Source: Candidatus Kaiserbacteria bacterium (GTDB lineage: Bacteria > Patescibacteriota > Minisyncoccia > Phycocordibacterales > Phycocordibacteraceae). Taken from it: DNA of 39,950 nucleotides. A model generated the notes under the pieces. That model made no database searches, had not been told where the DNA came from, and saw nothing but the letters and a program-made list of their open reading frames with translations. The stretch covers positions 135,928 through 175,877 of the forward strand of contig JAHFMN010000001.1 in the NCBI GenBank assembly GCA_023264445.1. Reading direction: 5' to 3'. Below, piece after piece: positions 36,540-39,950 of the stretch. Every line of letters begins with the position of its first letter. Position 1 is the first letter of the stretch. The position numbers and the translations under genes are program-made.

Positions 36540-36761
36540 CTAGTTGCTAATACTTACCATTTTAGCGCGGGAATGGTGCCCTGTCAGTATGCGCACCTTC
36601 CCAAGCGGCACGTTGAATCGTCCTGCGATAATCTCGCGCACACGCTGATTCGCTCGATTCCCGCTCGCGGGCTCTTTGACCGAAATCATGAGCGTCTCCT
36701 CTCCCTTCTCTTCCACCTTCTCGCGCTTGGCGCTCGGCGCAACAATTACCTTTATATACAT
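36540..36761 (-). CDS. DUF167 (YggU-like) protein
   Basis: VAPSAK...VKEPASGNRAN...GHHSRAK. Confidence 0.88.
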   Translation of the reverse strand: MYIKVIVAPSAKREKVEEKGEETLMISVKEPASGNRANQRVREIIAGRFNVPLGKVRILTGHHSRAKMVSISN

Positions 36762-36802
36762 GTTTTGCTTGTCAGATTTTCGCTCGTCGTTCTTTATCGT
36801 CG

Positions 36803-36848
36803 CAACTGTATCAATTTTGAACCTATAGGTTCAAAATTGATACAGTTG
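36803..36848. repeat. Perfect 46-bp loopless palindrome, copy 3
   Basis: CAACTGTATCAATTTTGAACCTA|TAGGTTCAAAATTGATACAGTTG; inner 38 bp identical to copy 1. Confidence 0.95.
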
Positions 36849-36856
36849 ATTTTTGC

Positions 36857-37102
36857 TTATGGTGAAGAGTGGACATAGTGCTCGCGTAGGTATGCGGCTA
36901 TATCTTCTGACTCATACATCTCAGTATTCCGATCAGCATCGACGAGATAGGGCACTTGGCGCTTCCCTCCTCGTGCAACAAGCTCCGCTGCAACCGTTGA
37001 ATCAGCAATATTCTTTTCTTCAAACGAGATGCTGAGCTCTTTTGCCGTATCGAGTACTTTGCGACAATGAAAGCATCCAGTCTTTACATACAAAATGAGC
37101 AT
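36857..37102 (-). CDS. Glutaredoxin-like protein
   Basis: CFHC, GGKRQVPYL, YESEDI. Confidence 0.88.
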   Translation of the reverse strand: MLILYVKTGCFHCRKVLDTAKELSISFEEKNIADSTVAAELVARGGKRQVPYLVDADRNTEMYESEDIAAYLREHYVHSSP

Positions 37103-37207
37103 TGGAAAAGTATAGCAAATCGGCTAGAATACCCACACGCGCCGCTCCGCGGCGCGTGTTTGAGAACATTCCGGGATAGCTCAATAGAACGCATTTGTAA
37201 GTCTCAT

Positions 37208-37279
37208 TCCGCGGTAGCTCAGTGGTAGAGCGGCTCGCTGTTAACGAGTTGGTCGTAGGTTCGAATCCTACCCGCGGAG
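37208..37279 (+). tRNA. tRNA-Asn (GTT), CCA not encoded
   Basis: TCCGCGG/CCGCGGA acceptor stem, GCTCG-CT GTT AA-CGAGT, GTAGG-TTCGAAT-CCTAC. Confidence 0.95.
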
Positions 37280-37335
37280 CAAATCTTTCGTAACCAACGC
37301 AATGGATTTAGCGTTGTATATACTGTAATTGTCTT

Positions 37336-37680
37336 ATGAATATCTCAAGAACGAACTTCGTTATTCTCTTCATCATTTCTGGGTTTGCCTTTCTTTTTAT
37401 TACTACCTCGCTTTTGGGAACAACAGGCCCACGAGGATTTCCTAATGCCCCCGACTCTGTCATTAGAACTGGTGGTGACTCACCAGTGGCTTGGAAGCGT
37501 ACTGCGTCCACAATTATTTTACCCATCAAGGTAATTTTGATAGGTCCTTTGGCTCTGCCACAGATTAATTTTTTGAAAGAAGACCCGCCGCCTCCATTTA
37601 TCGGTATCTATCTCGTTTTCTACTGGACTATCCTTGCATCAGTCATTCACTATCTCCTCGGTACACTACGACGTTTTTAG
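37336..37680 (+). CDS. Hypothetical membrane protein
   Basis: Three hydrophobic segments, AT-richer than neighbours. Confidence 0.7.
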   Translation: MNISRTNFVILFIISGFAFLFITTSLLGTTGPRGFPNAPDSVIRTGGDSPVAWKRTASTIILPIKVILIGPLALPQINFLKEDPPPPFIGIYLVFYWTILASVIHYLLGTLRRF

Positions 37681-37696
37681 TTGCTATACTTTTAGT

Positions 37697-38437
37697 ATGC
37701 CTCGTGTGGTGAATTCCTCGATCGTTACCACCATCGACCCAGTCGAGCCTCACACCCCTGGTGGCGTTGGGGCTAAGCTCAATCGCCTGCGCGCGGCGGT
37801 CCTTGGAGCCAACGACGGCATTGTCTCTATTGCGGCGCTCGTGGTGGGCATCGAGGGAGCGACTGACTCAACAAGCGCCATCCTCACCGCGGGAATCGCC
37901 GGCGTGCTCGCAGGCGCTCTGTCCATGGCAGCTGGCGAATATGTCTCCGTCAGCAGCCAACGCGACAGCGAGAGAGCGCTGATAGAAAAAGAGCGGGGCG
38001 AGTTGGCTACGCGCAAAGTCCGTGAGCTTGAAGAGCTCACCACGCTATACGAAGCAAAAGGGCTTTCACCAGCTACGGCGGCGACAGTAGCGCGCGAACT
38101 TACGGCGCACAATGCGTTTGCAGCGCACGTGGAGGCCGAGCTCCACCTTGACCCGAAAAAACTGGCAAGACCATGGCAATCCGCGCTCGCATCGGCGGGA
38201 TCTTTTTTTGCCGGAGCAGTGCTTCCGATGCTCGCCATAATTTTCCCTCCGCCTGAGTGGCGCATCCCAGTTACTTTTGCTCTGGTGGTGGTCGCGCTCG
38301 CAATAACCGGCTCGGTCAGTGCTTATGCCGGCGGCGCCAATAAAACCCGGGCGGTAATCCGCGTTGTCCTCGGGGGCCTTATTGCCATGAGCATCACCTT
38401 TGCCGTCGGCAAAGCATTTAACGTTACGGGGATATAA
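37697..38437 (+). CDS. VIT1/CCC1 family Fe/Mn transporter
   Basis: LRAAVLGANDGIVS, AGALSMAAGEYVSVSSQRD. Confidence 0.93.
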   Translation: MPRVVNSSIVTTIDPVEPHTPGGVGAKLNRLRAAVLGANDGIVSIAALVVGIEGATDSTSAILTAGIAGVLAGALSMAAGEYVSVSSQRDSERALIEKERGELATRKVRELEELTTLYEAKGLSPATAATVARELTAHNAFAAHVEAELHLDPKKLARPWQSALASAGSFFAGAVLPMLAIIFPPPEWRIPVTFALVVVALAITGSVSAYAGGANKTRAVIRVVLGGLIAMSITFAVGKAFNVTGI

Positions 38438-38546
38438 AGAGGTGCCAGAGTTGTGCTCTATTCTGTAAATCCAGCGCACGCGAGATATGCGCCAAGCAGG
38501 ATAAGACGTTCGAACTAATTCACCCACTTTGATATACTCGGCATAT

Positions 38547-38909
38547 ATGAACCCAACTGTAATTGCAACGATTGTCGCTCTTATTATCGGCTTTGGAGGC
38601 GGGTACTTGATTGCTGTCAACAAAGCACCTACAGCAACCCACGTAATGCCTGACGGCTCCTCAATGTCGAATGCGATGGCTAGTATGACCTCTCAGCTTG
38701 AGGGTAAAACGGATGACGAATTCGATAGGGCATTTATTCAGGAAATGATTGTCCACCACGAAGGTGCTGTTGCTATGGCGCAGCAGGCACTTCAACAGGC
38801 AAAGCACTCTGAAATCAAGGGGATGGCGCAGAACATTATTGGTGCACAAACGCAAGAAATAACCACTATGCGCGATTGGCTACAGTCGTGGTACGACATT
38901 CAACCATAA
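38547..38909 (+). CDS. DUF305 (CopM-like) protein
   Basis: FDRAFIQEMIVHHEGAVAMA...Q..EI..M..WL. Confidence 0.9.
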   Translation: MNPTVIATIVALIIGFGGGYLIAVNKAPTATHVMPDGSSMSNAMASMTSQLEGKTDDEFDRAFIQEMIVHHEGAVAMAQQALQQAKHSEIKGMAQNIIGAQTQEITTMRDWLQSWYDIQP

Positions 38910-39035
38910 AGTCAGGGATACGTACCTAGGAATTGACAAAGTCAATTATTCATAGTTATATAACGTTGGAGAGTGTTCTGTGATAACTCAACCCTCTGAT
39001 CTGCCTTATAAGTCGTGCAGAACTGGAGAAACGAA

Positions 39036-39950
39036 ATGAAAGTCACGTTGTTTGGAACGCGCGGTTCGACACCTATTTCCGACGCAAGATCGATACGCTA
39101 CGGGGGCAACACGACCTGTCTGCGTGTCGAGTCTGAGTGCCTGCCTTCCGGGTGGGCGCTTGCGGTGGACACAGGCAGTGGGTTCGTACCGCTTTCGAGG
39201 GCACTCCTGGTTGAAAAAATCATGAAGGTGGGGGTTATCTATACCCACTGGCACCATGATCACACCCAGGGTCTGTTCCTGGCTCCGCATACCTTCATTC
39301 CCATGACCGATGTCAGGATCTGGGGACCGAAGGAGCACGGGGTCGGGCCGCTCGAAGTGTTTAGGGATCTCATGAAGCCGCCATTGTTTCCGGTGAGCTT
39401 CGTAAAGGTCCAGCATCATATCAAGACAACGCCGCTATACCATGTCGGTACGCAGGTGATGGTGGTGCATCCGAAGGCGGGATTTCACCTTTTGGATATC
39501 CACCGCTACCGCCAGCGCGTCGCCGAGCACAAGCAGCTCAAGCTTGGCGATGGACACTACCCTGTTGAAGAGTGCTTGGTCATCCTGATGTACAAGACCG
39601 AGCATCCCGAATACACGGTGTCGTACCGATTCGAAGAGAAGCCGACTGGCCGTACATTCGTGTTCCTCACAGACCACGAAAATACGGCGAGCCTGCCCAG
39701 GGATTTGCTCGAGCATGTTCGTGGTGCAGATCTCCTGATCCAGGATGGCCAGTACGCCAATGAGGTCTACATGACTCAGACAGCGGGCTTTGGCCACGGC
39801 ACCCCCGAGTATTGCGCGGAAGTCATGAAGGAGTCCGGAGCAGTAAGGCTCGGCATTACGCATCACGATCCTTCGGCCACGGACGCCGACGTTGACAGTC
39901 GCGTGAGAGAGGCACAGCAGCGTGCGATGGAACTTGGCGTATCCGATGCG
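39036..39950 (+). CDS. MBL-fold metallo-hydrolase (3'-truncated by window)
   Basis: Manual translation MKVTLFGTRGS...YGGNTTC...DTGSG...THWHHDH...TDHE...GFGHG...HHDP; GGAG SD. Confidence 0.88.
   Translation, partial: MKVTLFGTRGSTPISDARSIRYGGNTTCLRVESECLPSGWALAVDTGSGFVPLSRALLVEKIMKVGVIYTHWHHDHTQGLFLAPHTFIPMTDVRIWGPKEHGVGPLEVFRDLMKPPLFPVSFVKVQHHIKTTPLYHVGTQVMVVHPKAGFHLLDIHRYRQRVAEHKQLKLGDGHYPVEECLVILMYKTEHPEYTVSYRFEEKPTGRTFVFLTDHENTASLPRDLLEHVRGADLLIQDGQYANEVYMTQTAGFGHGTPEYCAEVMKESGAVRLGITHHDPSATDADVDSRVREAQQRAMELGVSDA

Noticed and set aside
3937-36848. Palindromes as CRISPR repeats or protelomerase telomere sites
   Set aside because: Copies are kilobases apart with no spacers or cas genes; no protelomerase gene is present, and several internal telomere-resolution sites would fragment the chromosome.
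37208-39950. Second integrated element at tRNA-Asn
   Set aside because: No integrase and no repeat of the tRNA 3' end seen within the window.
1-39950. Alternative genetic code (TGA=Gly, as in some CPR lineages)
   Set aside because: TGA terminates cysS, dnaB, murF, mraZ and murA at expected lengths and does not interrupt conserved genes.

Overview
Bacterial chromosomal window, most likely from a Patescibacteria/CPR (Parcubacteria-like) genome; this is inferred from gene content, compact holB/mreD/ftsL-like genes and mostly leaderless starts. The standard genetic code is used (TGA acts as stop). The backbone is housekeeping: corA-like (partial), cysS, dnaB, recR, DEAD-box helicase, rplU, rmuC, yqeY, mraZ-rsmH-ftsL-ftsI-murF, class I LysRS, greA, mreB-mreC-mreD-mrdA, proS, rseP, frr, holB-like, a second mreB, murA, def-fmt, hpf, DUF167, glutaredoxin, tRNA-Asn, VIT1, DUF305 and a partial MBL hydrolase. 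The main accessory feature is a ~7.55 kb AT-richer element (8960-16514) inserted in the 3' end of tRNA-Glu(CTC) and bounded by a 9-bp direct repeat, TAGGGTCAC. This repeat lies inside the coding sequence of the element's own large serine recombinase. The integrated gene ends VTL-QRIEL*, read from the antisense strand of the tRNA. The predicted excised circle would instead fuse an in-frame 41-aa tail stored at the opposite end of the element. The element also carries a c4-like antisense RNA whose target overlaps an RBS, a structured attenuator-like leader before two related small ORFs and the integrase, a repeated 17-bp palindromic site, a HEPN RNase and membrane/surface proteins. In the backbone there is a family of dispersed loopless 38-46 bp palindromes and an unassigned structured RNA candidate (6244-6405).
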